IMG/VR virus record: IMGVR_UViG_2209111019_000003
Span: 1-64,000 of that record
Reading direction: 5' to 3' (one strand)
From: a virus
Taxonomy: Duplodnaviria; Caudoviricetes
DNA: 64,000 nucleotides
Position numbers and translations under genes: made by a program. Every line of letters begins with the position of its first letter. Within the stretch, counting starts at the first letter, position 1. Positions 44,763-54,179 of this stretch are shown in pieces. The notes beneath the pieces were generated by a model, which was not told the DNA's origin, searched no databases, and saw nothing but the letters and a program-made list of their open reading frames with translations.

Positions 44763-45206
44763 GTGCGGGCGGTGGTCCGCACGGTCGCCCGCCGGGTGGG
44801 CCACCGCGGCGCGCTCCTCATCCTCCTCGGCACCATCGCCCTGCTGTACGGGATCAGCCTCATCACCACCCCGCCACTGCCCCATCCGCTCGGCCTGCAC
44901 CTGCTCCTCGGCGTGATGGGACTCCACGGGTGGGGCGGCACCCTCGCCGCTGCCGGTGTCGTCGCGATCCTCTGCGCCCCGCTGAAGCAGGGACGGGACT
45001 GGCCCGGCTTCGCCGTCCTCGTCCTCGTCTGGCTCCCGTGGTCGCTGAGTTTTCTCGTGTCGTGGTGGCCCGCTCACGAGAACCCCCGCGGCTGGGTCTC
45101 CGCGCTGGTGTTCGCCGCACTAGCCGGAGTCCCAGCTGTCGGGGCCGGATGGGAAGAGCCCGAACCACGAGCGCGAGCGACCGATCAGCTACGGAGCACG
45201 AGATGA
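44763..45206 (+). CDS. Membrane protein (lysis cassette)
   Basis: About four transmembrane segments. Confidence 0.7.
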   Translation: MRAVVRTVARRVGHRGALLILLGTIALLYGISLITTPPLPHPLGLHLLLGVMGLHGWGGTLAAAGVVAILCAPLKQGRDWPGFAVLVLVWLPWSLSFLVSWWPAHENPRGWVSALVFAALAGVPAVGAGWEEPEPRARATDQLRSTR

Positions 45207-45526
45207 ACTGGACGACGATCATCGTCTCCGCAATGGCCGCTTTCGGGAGCACGATGGTCGGTCGCGCCGCCAAGCGCACCCCCCGCCAGGAGAAGCGCGA
45301 CGATTTCGAGAAGGTCACGCAGCGCCTCGACAAGGACATCGAACGCCTGGAAGGGCGCATCAGCAGGCAGGACATGCAGATCTCCGGGCAGACCTCAGCG
45401 ATCGGCTACCTGTCGGGGTGGGTGCGGACGCTGGTGCTGTTCACGCGGGCTCAGGGCCTGGAGCCGCCGGCGCCGCCGTTTGTCCCGGACGACGCCAAGC
45501 CCTACCTCCACAACATCGGAGTGTGA
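45203..45526 (+). CDS. Membrane-anchored coiled-coil protein (lysis cassette)
   Basis: N-terminal TM, coiled coil, Pro-rich end. Confidence 0.7.
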   Translation: MNWTTIIVSAMAAFGSTMVGRAAKRTPRQEKRDDFEKVTQRLDKDIERLEGRISRQDMQISGQTSAIGYLSGWVRTLVLFTRAQGLEPPAPPFVPDDAKPYLHNIGV

Positions 45527-45529
45527 GTC

Positions 45530-45883
45530 ATGCCGCTTCCCGGGGATGTGCCGACGTTCACGCTGGTCGCCGACTTTCCGCCGTTGTCGCCGGATGGGGC
45601 GGAGCGGCAGGGGTCGTTGACGTTCACGCCGGTGCCGCCGATCCTCGCCGACGCGGATGCCGTGTTCCTGGGGGTGGAGAACGCGACGCTCAACGCGTCC
45701 GGGTCCATGTCCAAGGAACTGGCCGCGAACGACGCGTTCGATGAGCCGTTCGTGTGGCGGGTCGACGGGAACATCGACGGGCAGCCGCCGTTCTCCGTGA
45801 ACATCTCCGTCCCGGCGTCGGCTGGCACCGTGAACCTGGGGGCCGCAGCGGAGTTCGAGGCGCTCCCCCCGACTACGTGGTGA
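45530..45883 (+). CDS. Fibre-like protein, N-terminal part
   Basis: Beta-rich domain; reading frame ends just after a C6 tract at 45865-45870. Confidence 0.65.
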   Translation: MPLPGDVPTFTLVADFPPLSPDGAERQGSLTFTPVPPILADADAVFLGVENATLNASGSMSKELAANDAFDEPFVWRVDGNIDGQPPFSVNISVPASAGTVNLGAAAEFEALPPTTW

Positions 45884-46902
45884 TCCTCGGCCCGCAGGGA
45901 CCGGAGGGACCAGCCGGGTCAGGCGGTGGCGCCGGTACCCCGTCGCCGACCGTCGTGGCCGGCACGTCGTTCGGAGCGTCCTCAACGGCTGGCGTCGCCA
46001 CGGCCTATTCGCGCGGCGACCACTCTCACGGGACGCCAGCCGCGCCGACGAAGAGCAGCGTCGGCTTGGGCAACGTCGACAACACGAGCGATGTCAGCAA
46101 GCCCGTCTCGACCGCGACTGGCGTAGCGATCGGAACGGTCTCCAGCGCCGTTTCCACGCACACCGCAGCGTCCACGTCGGTGCACGGCATCGCCGACACG
46201 TCGGCGCTCGTCACCACCACGGACCCGCGCCTGACGGACAACCGCACCCCGTCCGGTACGGCCGGCGGGGACCTCGGCGGCACGTTCCCGAACCCGTCCG
46301 TTGCCAAGGTCGCCGGGGCCACGGTCAGCGGCACCCCGGCCACCGGGAAAGTCCTGACGGCGACCTCGGGCAGCGCCGCGTCGTGGCAGTCCCCGTCGGG
46401 TGGCGGGGGTGGCGTGTCGATCGTGTCGCAGGGTGATGACCGGATCGACCTGGAGATCGTGACGCTGGTCAACTCGGGGACGTGGACCGTGGTCCGCACC
46501 TCGGGAGGCGTCGCGATCGGGAAGTCCGTGAAGGCCGCGGCCGGGGACCGCATCCTCGTCGCCCCGTCGTTCATGTACGCGGGGACGCAGTACGAGCTGG
46601 ATCTCGCGGTGATGGGCTCGGACGGGACGAGCATCACCCGGTACGCGGGTTCGTCCGGATCGGGCACGACGCCCGGTGCGGAGGGGTACGCGCCGCTGTA
46701 CACGCAGGCCACGAGCTTCCCGCACATCACCGGTCCGATCATGTTCACGGTCGCCCCGGGCGAGGTCGACGGGTCGGGCCTGTTCACCGTGAACCTCGCC
46801 TACCACGCGCCGAGCCTGTCGGGCACGGACCAGCACATCTACGCCGGCGCCGGATACATCGCCCGCTGGCTCATGCTCAACATCGGCCCCGAACCCGCCT
46901 GA
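45865..46902 (+). CDS. Fibre-like protein, C-terminal part (-1 frame; alternative GTG start at 45880)
   Basis: Collagen-like GPQGPEGPAG, 'RGDHSHG', 'VGLGNVDNTSD', 'GGDLGGTFPNP'. Confidence 0.7.
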   Translation, partial: PPDYVVILGPQGPEGPAGSGGGAGTPSPTVVAGTSFGASSTAGVATAYSRGDHSHGTPAAPTKSSVGLGNVDNTSDVSKPVSTATGVAIGTVSSAVSTHTAASTSVHGIADTSALVTTTDPRLTDNRTPSGTAGGDLGGTFPNPSVAKVAGATVSGTPATGKVLTATSGSAASWQSPSGGGGGVSIVSQGDDRIDLEIVTLVNSGTWTVVRTSGGVAIGKSVKAAAGDRILVAPSFMYAGTQYELDLAVMGSDGTSITRYAGSSGSGTTPGAEGYAPLYTQATSFPHITGPIMFTVAPGEVDGSGLFTVNLAYHAPSLSGTDQHIYAGAGYIARWLMLNIGPEPA

Positions 46903-46915
46903 CCCCGAACACGCG

Positions 46916-46953
46916 ACCGCCCCTGTCTGGCCATCGGGCCGGACAGGGGCGGT
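46916..46953. terminator. Stem-loop between the late operon and the transfer operon
   Basis: ACCGCCCCTGTCTGGCC-ATCG-GGCCGGACAGGGGCGGT. Confidence 0.75.
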
Positions 46954-46970
46954 TCGCTGCGTTGCGGGGG

Positions 46971-47441
46971 TTAGCGCTGGTGGACGTTGGTGGTGGATTT
47001 GCCGAACCACCGGTTCTCCTGGTGGACGTGCGTCTCGTTGTGGATGCGGGGCCGGCGGGCGACGAGGCCCGGCAGGGTGCGGGCGGCGACGACGAAGCAG
47101 GCGAGCCACAGCATGGTGCCGGTGCCGACCGCGGCGAACTCGCCGACGACCTGGGCGGCTCCCCAGCCGGCCCCCGCCGCGAGGGTTCCCCCTCCGATGC
47201 CGGCGCCGAGCATGCGCTGCGCGACGGGGTCCAACAGGGGCTGGGGGGTGAGGTCGCGGGGCTGGTAGACGGCGGGGGCCTGCGCGTATTGGGCGGGGAT
47301 GGCCACGGACCGGTTGGGGTCGTAGGGGTCGGGCACGAACACGATCGGGCCGGGGCGGTACATCTCGATGGGCTGGTGGATGGGGATGGGCTGGTAGGTG
47401 GGCTGCCCGGTCGTGGCGGGCCGCCGGTCGGGCAGCGACAT
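46971..47441 (-). CDS. Spd-like (plasmid spread) membrane protein
   Basis: Pro-rich N-terminus, two TM segments, 'HNETHVHQ' tail; context downstream of traB. Confidence 0.55.
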   Translation of the reverse strand: MSLPDRRPATTGQPTYQPIPIHQPIEMYRPGPIVFVPDPYDPNRSVAIPAQYAQAPAVYQPRDLTPQPLLDPVAQRMLGAGIGGGTLAAGAGWGAAQVVGEFAAVGTGTMLWLACFVVAARTLPGLVARRPRIHNETHVHQENRWFGKSTTNVHQR

Positions 47442-47450
47442 GGTGTTCTC

Positions 47451-48023
47451 CTAGATGGTGGCGGGGGTCTTGCTCGTGGCGGTCTTCGCGGTTTCGGGGA
47501 GTTGCATGTACCAGGCGCCGCCGATCGTGGCGCCGCCGTGGATCTTCCGTTCGTGGGCCTTGAGAGCAGCCGACGCGGTCTTCGCGTCGCGATACCTCGG
47601 CTTCTCGCCCTTGCCGCACGGGCACTTCCAGCCCATGAGCCCGGACCGTTTGTCGGGGCCGAAGCGGGCCTGACGGGCGACCACGGCCCGGCTGACCTTC
47701 ACCTGGGACGGCTTCGCGTCGCACGACTTGGAGCCGGTGAGGAGTCCCTTCTTGTCGTGGGTGGCGATGGTGCCGGTGCCGTGGCATTTGGCGCATCCGG
47801 CGTGGGTGGTGCGGAGGATTGCCGCGTCCTTGCGGGTGCGGACCGTGGCGCGGTGTCCTTCGGCCTGGCGGGCGATGAACAGGGCCAGCCACACGGCCAT
47901 CCGCTCAGGGAACGTCCTGCCGTGGGGGCGGACGGCGAGCCGCTTGCCTGCGGACGGCTTGCGCCGGGCGGGGGTGCGCTTGACGGGCTTCCGGCGGGGC
48001 GTCGGCCGCTTCTTGGCTGGCAT
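47451..48023 (-). CDS. Basic zinc-finger protein of the transfer operon
   Basis: K/R-rich N-terminus; 'CAKCHGTG', 'WKCPCG...H...H'. Confidence 0.65.
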   Translation of the reverse strand: MPAKKRPTPRRKPVKRTPARRKPSAGKRLAVRPHGRTFPERMAVWLALFIARQAEGHRATVRTRKDAAILRTTHAGCAKCHGTGTIATHDKKGLLTGSKSCDAKPSQVKVSRAVVARQARFGPDKRSGLMGWKCPCGKGEKPRYRDAKTASAALKAHERKIHGGATIGGAWYMQLPETAKTATSKTPATI

Positions 48024-48065
48024 GATCGGTGACCTTCCTCTCTACGTCACATATTCGGATCAATT

Positions 48066-48196
48066 GGGCGTCTCAGGGGCGTCTTGTGGCCGTCTTGAGG
48101 GCGTCTCACCTGCGACTTCATGACTGTGGCGAGACGGCCTCAAGACGGCCCCCGGACGGGGTGAAGACGCCCCCGAGACGGGGGTCAAGACGGGGC
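48066..48196. repeat. clt-like locus: two opposed arrays of 8-bp repeats with 11-bp period
   Basis: CGTCT at 48069, 48080, 48091, 48102; inverted (A/G)GACG at 48132, 48143, 48154, 48165, 48176, 48188; consensus SCGTCTYR; overlaps the traB stop codon. Confidence 0.75.
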
Positions 48197-50272
48197 AAAC
48201 AGGGCGGCGGCGGCCTGGTCGACGAACCGCCGCTCCCACCCGCGGGCCTGCTTCCCGTCCACGTACTCCTTGCTGGACTTCGCTGCCGGCACCAGCTCCG
48301 CGAGCAGGGCCTGCAGGCGGGCGCTGTCCTCCTCGGCCCCGGCCGCGACGATCACGGCGGTCGGCAGCCAGGCTGCCTGCCGGTCATCGAACAGCCGCAG
48401 CAGGACTGCGATCTTCGGGGCGCGCGGGTCGTCCAGTCGGTCCAGCCGATCGGCGACACTCTCCGCCGCGCGACCGTCCCGGGTGATGACGTGCAGCAGA
48501 TCAGCCGCGGCCAACGAGTCGTAGTCGAACCACGGCCGGCCCGCCGCTTTGCGGTCCTTGACGGCCTGCCGGATCTGGTCGCGGTCGAAACGGTTCCAAC
48601 GCCATTGGATGGGGCGCAGGAACCCGGGGCCCTGGATGTAGAACTTGCCCGCGTCGTACACCCGCTCGTCGTCCACGGCGGGCCGCAGCCGGTCCGGCCG
48701 GTAGCCGGATGCGGACGCGCCCTTCCCGAAAACCAGAAGGATGTCCTCGCTGCGGGACGCCAGCAGAACGCGGTAGGTGACGGCGCTGGCGATGGCATCA
48801 CCGAGGGCGTCCTTGGTGGCCTCCTGCGCGGCGAAGATCAGGTGGACACCGGTTTCGCGGCCAATCCGCAGCAGCTGGATGGCCAGCTCCTTGGCCTCGT
48901 CGGGCAGGAAGATGAACTCGTCGACTATGCCGTAGATCGTGGGGTCCTCCGGGGAGGGCTCCCACAGGTCGCCCATCTCCTTCCGCGTCTTGATCTTGTT
49001 GCGGGCGGAGGCGATGTCCACCAACTGCTGCAGCCGCTCCGTGCACGCCTTGCCACCCCGGATCGGCGGCAGCGCCATCGCGTCCGCGAACTCGGTCAGA
49101 CCGTCCTTGACGGGGTCCATCTCGATGGCGATGGCGTCCCGGCACGCGGTGATGGCCTCAGCGATGCAGCGCAGCGCACCCTTCGTCTTCGCGGCCCCGG
49201 ATGAGCCGATGACGAGCATCGACATGCCGCGCAGCCGGAACTCCAGCGGCGCCCCGTCCATGCCCCGCCCGTAGACGGCGACGTCCCGGACGGACAGGGA
49301 GTTCGGGGCGTGCACGGTCGGGCGGGGCATGTCGTCGAACGGGTCGGAGGTGACCAGGCGCAGCACGACGTGCGCGGCCTTGCCCGGGTCGGGTTCGATG
49401 AGAGTGCCGCCCTGCTGAATGTCGAAGTGCGAGTCAAGCTGTTCGGCGGCAGCGTTGACACGGCCCGGGGTGGAGCCCTTGAGCTGCAGGTCGATCTCCC
49501 AGCCCCAGCCGCGGTTCCCAAGGACGGTGATGGAACGAGTGTCGATGCCCTCGGCTTCCAGCGCCCGCCGCACACAGTCCTGGACCTGCTGCCCGTCCTT
49601 GCACCAGGCGAGGGGGAACGGCTCCTCACCGTCGTCAATGTCCTCCGCCGCGACGATCTCGGTCGGGCCCAGTTTGGCGTTCAACCGGTACCGCCCGTAC
49701 AGGGTCAGGGCGGCGCCCGCGGCGATCGCCTCGACGGTGGGGGCGGTGGCCAGCGCCTCCAGAGTGCCGAAGCCGGCGCCCTGGTCGAGACCCCACCACG
49801 CCAGGAGGTCGGCGACCGTGAGGCCGCCGGCGAGCTTGCCGAGGAAGCCCCACCGCTGGTGCCGTGTCTGGTGGACCTTCGCCCACTTGGGGCCGTCCAT
49901 GCCGCCGAGACTCTCGATGTGGTCGTGGGCGCGGACGTACCGCCAGCCGAGGATCGTGGACGCGGCGAGGCCGTGGCACAGCCACCGGGTGACGGCCCAG
50001 CCGCCGCGCCCGGTCGCACCGGCCGCGACGATCGCGGCAGAGCCGGTCCGGGTGAGGACGGGCCGCCGGTACGGCACGTACTCGATCATGCCGGGGGCGA
50101 GGTCGTCCTCGTCGGCCGCCGGCTTGGGAGCGTCCTTGGTGAGGTCGATCGTCGGCTGCTCGATGACCTCGCCACGGATCGTCTGCGGGGGCTTCGTCGT
50201 GTCGTCGAGGGGCTTCATCCACTCGGGCACGTCGAGGTCGCCGTCGTGGTGTGCATATCCGTTGATAGTCAT
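48185..50272 (-). CDS. traB: TraB-like FtsK/SpoIIIE conjugative DNA translocase
   Basis: N-terminal TM segments; 'LRLVTSDPF'; Walker A variant GSSGAAKT, 'DPVK', Walker B GIVDE, 'LLRIGRETGVHLIFAAQ'; C-terminal wHTH-like 'ARGWER'. Confidence 0.82.
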   Translation of the reverse strand: MTINGYAHHDGDLDVPEWMKPLDDTTKPPQTIRGEVIEQPTIDLTKDAPKPAADEDDLAPGMIEYVPYRRPVLTRTGSAAIVAAGATGRGGWAVTRWLCHGLAASTILGWRYVRAHDHIESLGGMDGPKWAKVHQTRHQRWGFLGKLAGGLTVADLLAWWGLDQGAGFGTLEALATAPTVEAIAAGAALTLYGRYRLNAKLGPTEIVAAEDIDDGEEPFPLAWCKDGQQVQDCVRRALEAEGIDTRSITVLGNRGWGWEIDLQLKGSTPGRVNAAAEQLDSHFDIQQGGTLIEPDPGKAAHVVLRLVTSDPFDDMPRPTVHAPNSLSVRDVAVYGRGMDGAPLEFRLRGMSMLVIGSSGAAKTKGALRCIAEAITACRDAIAIEMDPVKDGLTEFADAMALPPIRGGKACTERLQQLVDIASARNKIKTRKEMGDLWEPSPEDPTIYGIVDEFIFLPDEAKELAIQLLRIGRETGVHLIFAAQEATKDALGDAIASAVTYRVLLASRSEDILLVFGKGASASGYRPDRLRPAVDDERVYDAGKFYIQGPGFLRPIQWRWNRFDRDQIRQAVKDRKAAGRPWFDYDSLAAADLLHVITRDGRAAESVADRLDRLDDPRAPKIAVLLRLFDDRQAAWLPTAVIVAAGAEEDSARLQALLAELVPAAKSSKEYVDGKQARGWERRFVDQAAAALFAPS

Positions 50273-50275
50273 GGG

Positions 50276-51670
50276 TCAGGCGTCCTTCTGCGCGGTGTTC
50301 TGGCGGGCGGTTTCGGCTGCCGCGACCTTCGCGGCGGGGTGGTAGGGGGCGGTGTCGCCGGGGGTTCGGCGGGGCGGCGTGCCGCCGTTGAAGCGCCGTC
50401 CGTCGGGGGCGTTCGGGTCCCGCTTCTCACGCGGTGACATTTGGGAATCGACCAGTGACTTTCCGTCGTCCGCGACCGCCTCCCGGCGGGCCTGCGCAGC
50501 CCGGCTCAGCTCGTCGATTTCGGCCCGCATCCCGACGAGCTTGTAGCCCGTGACGTAGTACCAGGCGTCACCCCACAGCTGGTCGGAGACGACCGGCAGG
50601 CCACGCGCGGAACGCATGCCCTCGGCGACCTTCCAGACGTCCTCGTGGCCGCTCTGGCGGTCGGCGTCCTTCCGCTGCTGCTCGGCCTCGGCCGCCTTCC
50701 GCTGCGCCTCCCGATCGTCCGCGGCCTTCTTCGCGGACTGCTCCCGCTCGGTCTTCGCCGCGTCCTTCGCAGCCTGCTCCGCGGCGGCCTTCCCCTTAGC
50801 CGCGCGGGTCTCCCGCCACGACGGAATCCCGTCGGCCTTCTGCGCAATGCCGTGCTCGTAGGCCATCAGCACGATCGGCCCGCCGAGCGAGGCGATGGCA
50901 CCGATGAGACCGGCGTTGAACCCGATCCGCGGGTCGTGGCTGCCGTACATGTTGATCGCGGCGGCGATGAGCGCGCCGAGCATGATGCCGATCCGGTAGG
51001 GAGCGACGTCCCGGCGGTGCGCGACGGCCCAGGCAGCACCGAACGCCAGCACCAGCGCCAGACCTTCGAGCAGGGCCGGGGCGGCGATCAGGAAGGGCCG
51101 CTGCCGGTCCCAGAAGTGCAGGAACTGCACCGGCGCGGCGATGATCAGCCCGACGGCGTAGATGCCGCGGGCGCCCCACTTCCAGTACCGCTCGGTGCGC
51201 TGCTGCTCGGCGGTGCGGTCGGCCTTCTGCTGGGCTTCGGCCGCAGCGTCTTCTTCGGCCTTCTTCGCGGCTGCCTGTGCGGCCTTCTTCTTCGCCTCGG
51301 CCTCGGCGATCTTCGCCTCTTCAACGGCGCGCAGCCGTGCGGTGCGCAGCGCGGCCTGTTCGTTGGCGATCTCCTTGGCCTTCGCCTCCTGCACGGCGAG
51401 GATCTCAGCGGCGCGGGCGGCTGCTTCGGCCTCGACGATCTTGGCTTTGGCTTCGGCCTCGCCGATGGCCCGCATGCGGTCGGCTTCGGCGTGCTTGATG
51501 GGGTCGTAGGCCGGCTCGGCGGCCACGGTGGGCTCCTCGATCGGTGCGGCGGGGGTCTCGTTGGTGGCGGCGGCTGGGATGCCGCCGAGGTTTATGGGCT
51601 GCCAGCCGTCCCACTTGGGTGCGGCGTGCAGCTTGCCGTTCGCGGTCCCGTTGAGGGTCTGGCTGGTCAC
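50276..51670 (-). CDS. SpdB/TraA-like coiled-coil multi-pass membrane protein
   Basis: Ala/Glu/Lys coiled coils flanking four TM segments; immediately upstream of traB. Confidence 0.65.
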   Translation of the reverse strand: MTSQTLNGTANGKLHAAPKWDGWQPINLGGIPAAATNETPAAPIEEPTVAAEPAYDPIKHAEADRMRAIGEAEAKAKIVEAEAAARAAEILAVQEAKAKEIANEQAALRTARLRAVEEAKIAEAEAKKKAAQAAAKKAEEDAAAEAQQKADRTAEQQRTERYWKWGARGIYAVGLIIAAPVQFLHFWDRQRPFLIAAPALLEGLALVLAFGAAWAVAHRRDVAPYRIGIMLGALIAAAINMYGSHDPRIGFNAGLIGAIASLGGPIVLMAYEHGIAQKADGIPSWRETRAAKGKAAAEQAAKDAAKTEREQSAKKAADDREAQRKAAEAEQQRKDADRQSGHEDVWKVAEGMRSARGLPVVSDQLWGDAWYYVTGYKLVGMRAEIDELSRAAQARREAVADDGKSLVDSQMSPREKRDPNAPDGRRFNGGTPPRRTPGDTAPYHPAAKVAAAETARQNTAQKDA

Positions 51671-51999
51671 TGCGGGGCTCCTTCAGGCGTCGGGGTGGCG
51701 TATGCGTGGGCGTAGTGGGCCCGGGCGCGGGTGAACTCGTCGGCGAACGCCGCGGTGATGCCGGCGCCGGCGGTCTGGCCGAGCGGGGGCTTTCCGGTGC
51801 GGTCGGCGAGGTACAGCTCCAGCCACGACGCGAGGGTCGCGGCGATGGTGACGATGACGCGGGCTATGCGGAGGACGAGGACGGCCAGGCCGAGGGCCAG
51901 GTGCGCGGCGAGCACCGTCCCGGCGATCACGGCGCGGCGGATGGCGCGGGTGGTGCGCTGCCAGCGCGTCGGCTTGGCGACGACGTAGTACGGGTGCAC
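51667..51999 (-). CDS. Small membrane protein of the transfer operon
   Basis: RBS GAGGAG; hydrophobic core. Confidence 0.65.
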   Translation of the reverse strand: MHPYYVVAKPTRWQRTTRAIRRAVIAGTVLAAHLALGLAVLVLRIARVIVTIAATLASWLELYLADRTGKPPLGQTAGAGITAAFADEFTRARAHYAHAYATPTPEGAPQ

Positions 52000-52092
52000 G
52001 GCGGGCTCCTCTCGGTTCGTGGTGGTCTTGGGTGGCGCCCCGGGCCCGAGTCGATCGGGCGCCCTCGCGGCAGGTGGCCGGGGCTGGGTGGG

Positions 52093-52281
52093 TCAGCGGT
52101 TGCGGTCGACGGCGGCGAGGATCTGGGCGTCGGTGACGCCTGCGGCTCGGGCGTTCTCGATGGCGGTCTTGTCACGGAGGCTGGTGTGGGGCTTGCTCGT
52201 GCCGTCGCTCCCGACGTAGTTGCGGGTCTCGGCTGAGGCGACGACCGCGGCGAGCGCCTCGGCCTGCTTGCGTCCGAACAT
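52093..52281 (-). CDS. Small protein with MFGRK N-terminus
   Basis: RBS GAAGGA. Confidence 0.6.
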   Translation of the reverse strand: MFGRKQAEALAAVVASAETRNYVGSDGTSKPHTSLRDKTAIENARAAGVTDAQILAAVDRNR

Positions 52282-52323
52282 GGGGGTCCTTCCGGGCTGG
52301 GTGGGTGGTCAGCGGCCGCGCTT

Positions 52324-52500
52324 CTACCGGCGGTGCCAGGGGACGTTCTTCTCGGTCTCCAGCACGCGGGCGTTGAGCTCCCGGTAGGTGTCGGTCTCCT
52401 CGGTGACGCCTGTGGCCTGCTCGCGCTGCTGGTTGGCGTGCAGGGCGTTCTTGGCGTCCTTGTGGGCGGCGACGGCGTCGTTGTCCTTGCGTCCGAACAT
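52324..52500 (-). CDS. Small protein with MFGRK N-terminus (possible longer in-frame start at 52608)
   Basis: RBS GGAGGAGG. Confidence 0.6.
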   Translation of the reverse strand: MFGRKDNDAVAAHKDAKNALHANQQREQATGVTEETDTYRELNARVLETEKNVPWHRR

Positions 52501-52604
52501 GGGGTCCTCCTCCTGGTCGATGGCGTGGTGCGGGAAGTAGTGCTGGTCGTGGATCGGGCAGAGCAGGTGCGGGTCGGTGCAGGCGCCGATCGGGTGGGGG
52601 TCGG

Positions 52605-53213
52605 TCACTCGTCGGTCTCTTCGCGGACCGGGGTGGGCACGGGGGCGAGGGCGTTGCGCGCGTAGTCGCGGGCGGCCTGGGCGAATTCCTCGTCGGCGGT
52701 CATGTCGTGTAGTCGTCGTCGCAGGGCGGGATGGGGTCGCCGTGGCCCTGGCCGCACCAGTCGCAGGCCGTCGCGGCACTCACCGGACACCGCCCGTCTT
52801 GGTCCAGCAGGCGGCGGCGTGGGCTTGGGCGATCTCCCGGACCGCCGGCAGCCATTCGTTGACCCTGGCCGTCTCCTGTTCGGGCGTGTCGGTGGTGAGC
52901 GCGCCGGTGTTCCGTCGCCCCCACCAGTCGCAGCCGAAGCAGTCCGCGATGAGGTCGCCGGTCTCGGTCAGGTAGGAGACGTTGACGGTTTCGCCGCCTG
53001 AGGTGGTCGCCTGGGCGAGGACCCCCGCCGCCACGGCTACCGCGCTCACTGGGCACCGCCCTTGCCGGGCTCGACGTCCAAGACGCGCTCCCCGTAGGCG
53101 TCGCAGGCGGCGTTGGCGGCGATGAGCTGCCCGTAGGCGCGGCGGGCATCGGCACGCTGCTTCGGGGTGAGGGCCGGGTTGGTCATGCGGGCCTGCAGCT
53201 CGGTGGCGGTCAT
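52605..53213 (-). CDS. Run of four small coupled ORFs (53046-53213, 52780-53049, 52700-52783, 52605-52703)
   Basis: Chain of ATGA/GTGA overlaps; two have CxxC motifs. Confidence 0.5.
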
Positions 53214-53569
53214 GACTTGACCCCCGCTCCAGCGGCAGCGGCGTACCAGCCGGTGGCCGTCATGATGTCCTGTACCTCAAGGAAGGTGCGGCCCGCGACC
53301 CGCTCCCACGCCTCGAAGTCGGCCCACTGCGAGCCGGCACGGTAGGCCACGATCGCGTCCAAGCAGCGTTCGGCTACCCGGCGCACGTCATCGTTTCCAC
53401 CGATCGCCTGGTGGATCCCGAACGGCAGGGTCGGGTCCCAGCCGTCGCGTTCCAGTAGCGCCAGGCCGTTGGCCAGGACGTCCATGACCTGGGTCGGAGC
53501 GATCGCGGTGCCGGACGGACCGCGCCACATGGCGTCGGTGGGGGGCGGCGGACTCGGCGGGCGGCTCAT
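53210..53569 (-). CDS. Hypothetical protein (DUF6197-like)
   Basis: 'LLERDGW', 'WERVAGRTFLEV'. Confidence 0.55.
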   Translation of the reverse strand: MSRPPSPPPPTDAMWRGPSGTAIAPTQVMDVLANGLALLERDGWDPTLPFGIHQAIGGNDDVRRVAERCLDAIVAYRAGSQWADFEAWERVAGRTFLEVQDIMTATGWYAAAAGAGVKS

Positions 53570-53931
53570 TCGGCACCGTCCTGCATGCCGATGTGGCTGA
53601 GGCCGGCGTGAGCCCAGCCGATCGACTTGTAGAGGGCCTGCGCGTCGCCGACAGCCAACTGCAGCCCCTCGTAGACGAGGCCCAGTTCAGTGGCGAGCGC
53701 GTCACGGTCGGAGCGCAGGTTCCCGTCGCGGTCGAGCTTGTCGACGGCCTGCCGGGTCATCGTCAACGCCTGCGGGAGCATCGACGCGAGGTGCGCGAGG
53801 TGCCCGACCAGGACGTAGGCGTCACCCGGGGTGGGGAGCCCGGTGTACAGGGCGTGGTTGATGCTGCGGATACTCTCGGCCGCGGCCTCGGCTGCCACGA
53901 CAGCCACCGGCGTGTCCGTCCCGGCGCTCAT
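53566..53931 (-). CDS. Hypothetical helical protein
   Basis: 'AAESIRSINH...PGDAY...LPQAL'. Confidence 0.6.
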   Translation of the reverse strand: MSAGTDTPVAVVAAEAAAESIRSINHALYTGLPTPGDAYVLVGHLAHLASMLPQALTMTRQAVDKLDRDGNLRSDRDALATELGLVYEGLQLAVGDAQALYKSIGWAHAGLSHIGMQDGAE

Positions 53932-54179
53932 GCGGCGGCGCTGTCGGCGTAGGCGCGGGCGGCGGCGAGGCCCTCCAGGATCGCGTCCCGGTGGTCACGG
54001 ACCCGGCGGTACGCCTCGTCCATGATCGGGTCGGAGTCGCCGGCCTGGGCAACGACCGGGCGGACGTAGGACACGGCAGCGTGCGCGGCCTTGTCGGCCG
54101 GTGACTGCGGGTACGACGGGGCGATGCGGGCGAGGTGATCGGCGCGGGAGCGCACGCCGGTAGAGTTGGCGATAGCCAT
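53928..54179 (-). CDS. Hypothetical protein, first gene of the transfer operon
   Basis: RBS GAAGGGAA. Confidence 0.6.
   Translation of the reverse strand: MAIANSTGVRSRADHLARIAPSYPQSPADKAAHAAVSYVRPVVAQAGDSDPIMDEAYRRVRDHRDAILEGLAAARAYADSAAA

Noticed and set aside
48066-48196. CRISPR or mini-array
   Set aside because: Units are 8 bp with about 3-bp gaps, there are no unique spacers and no cas genes
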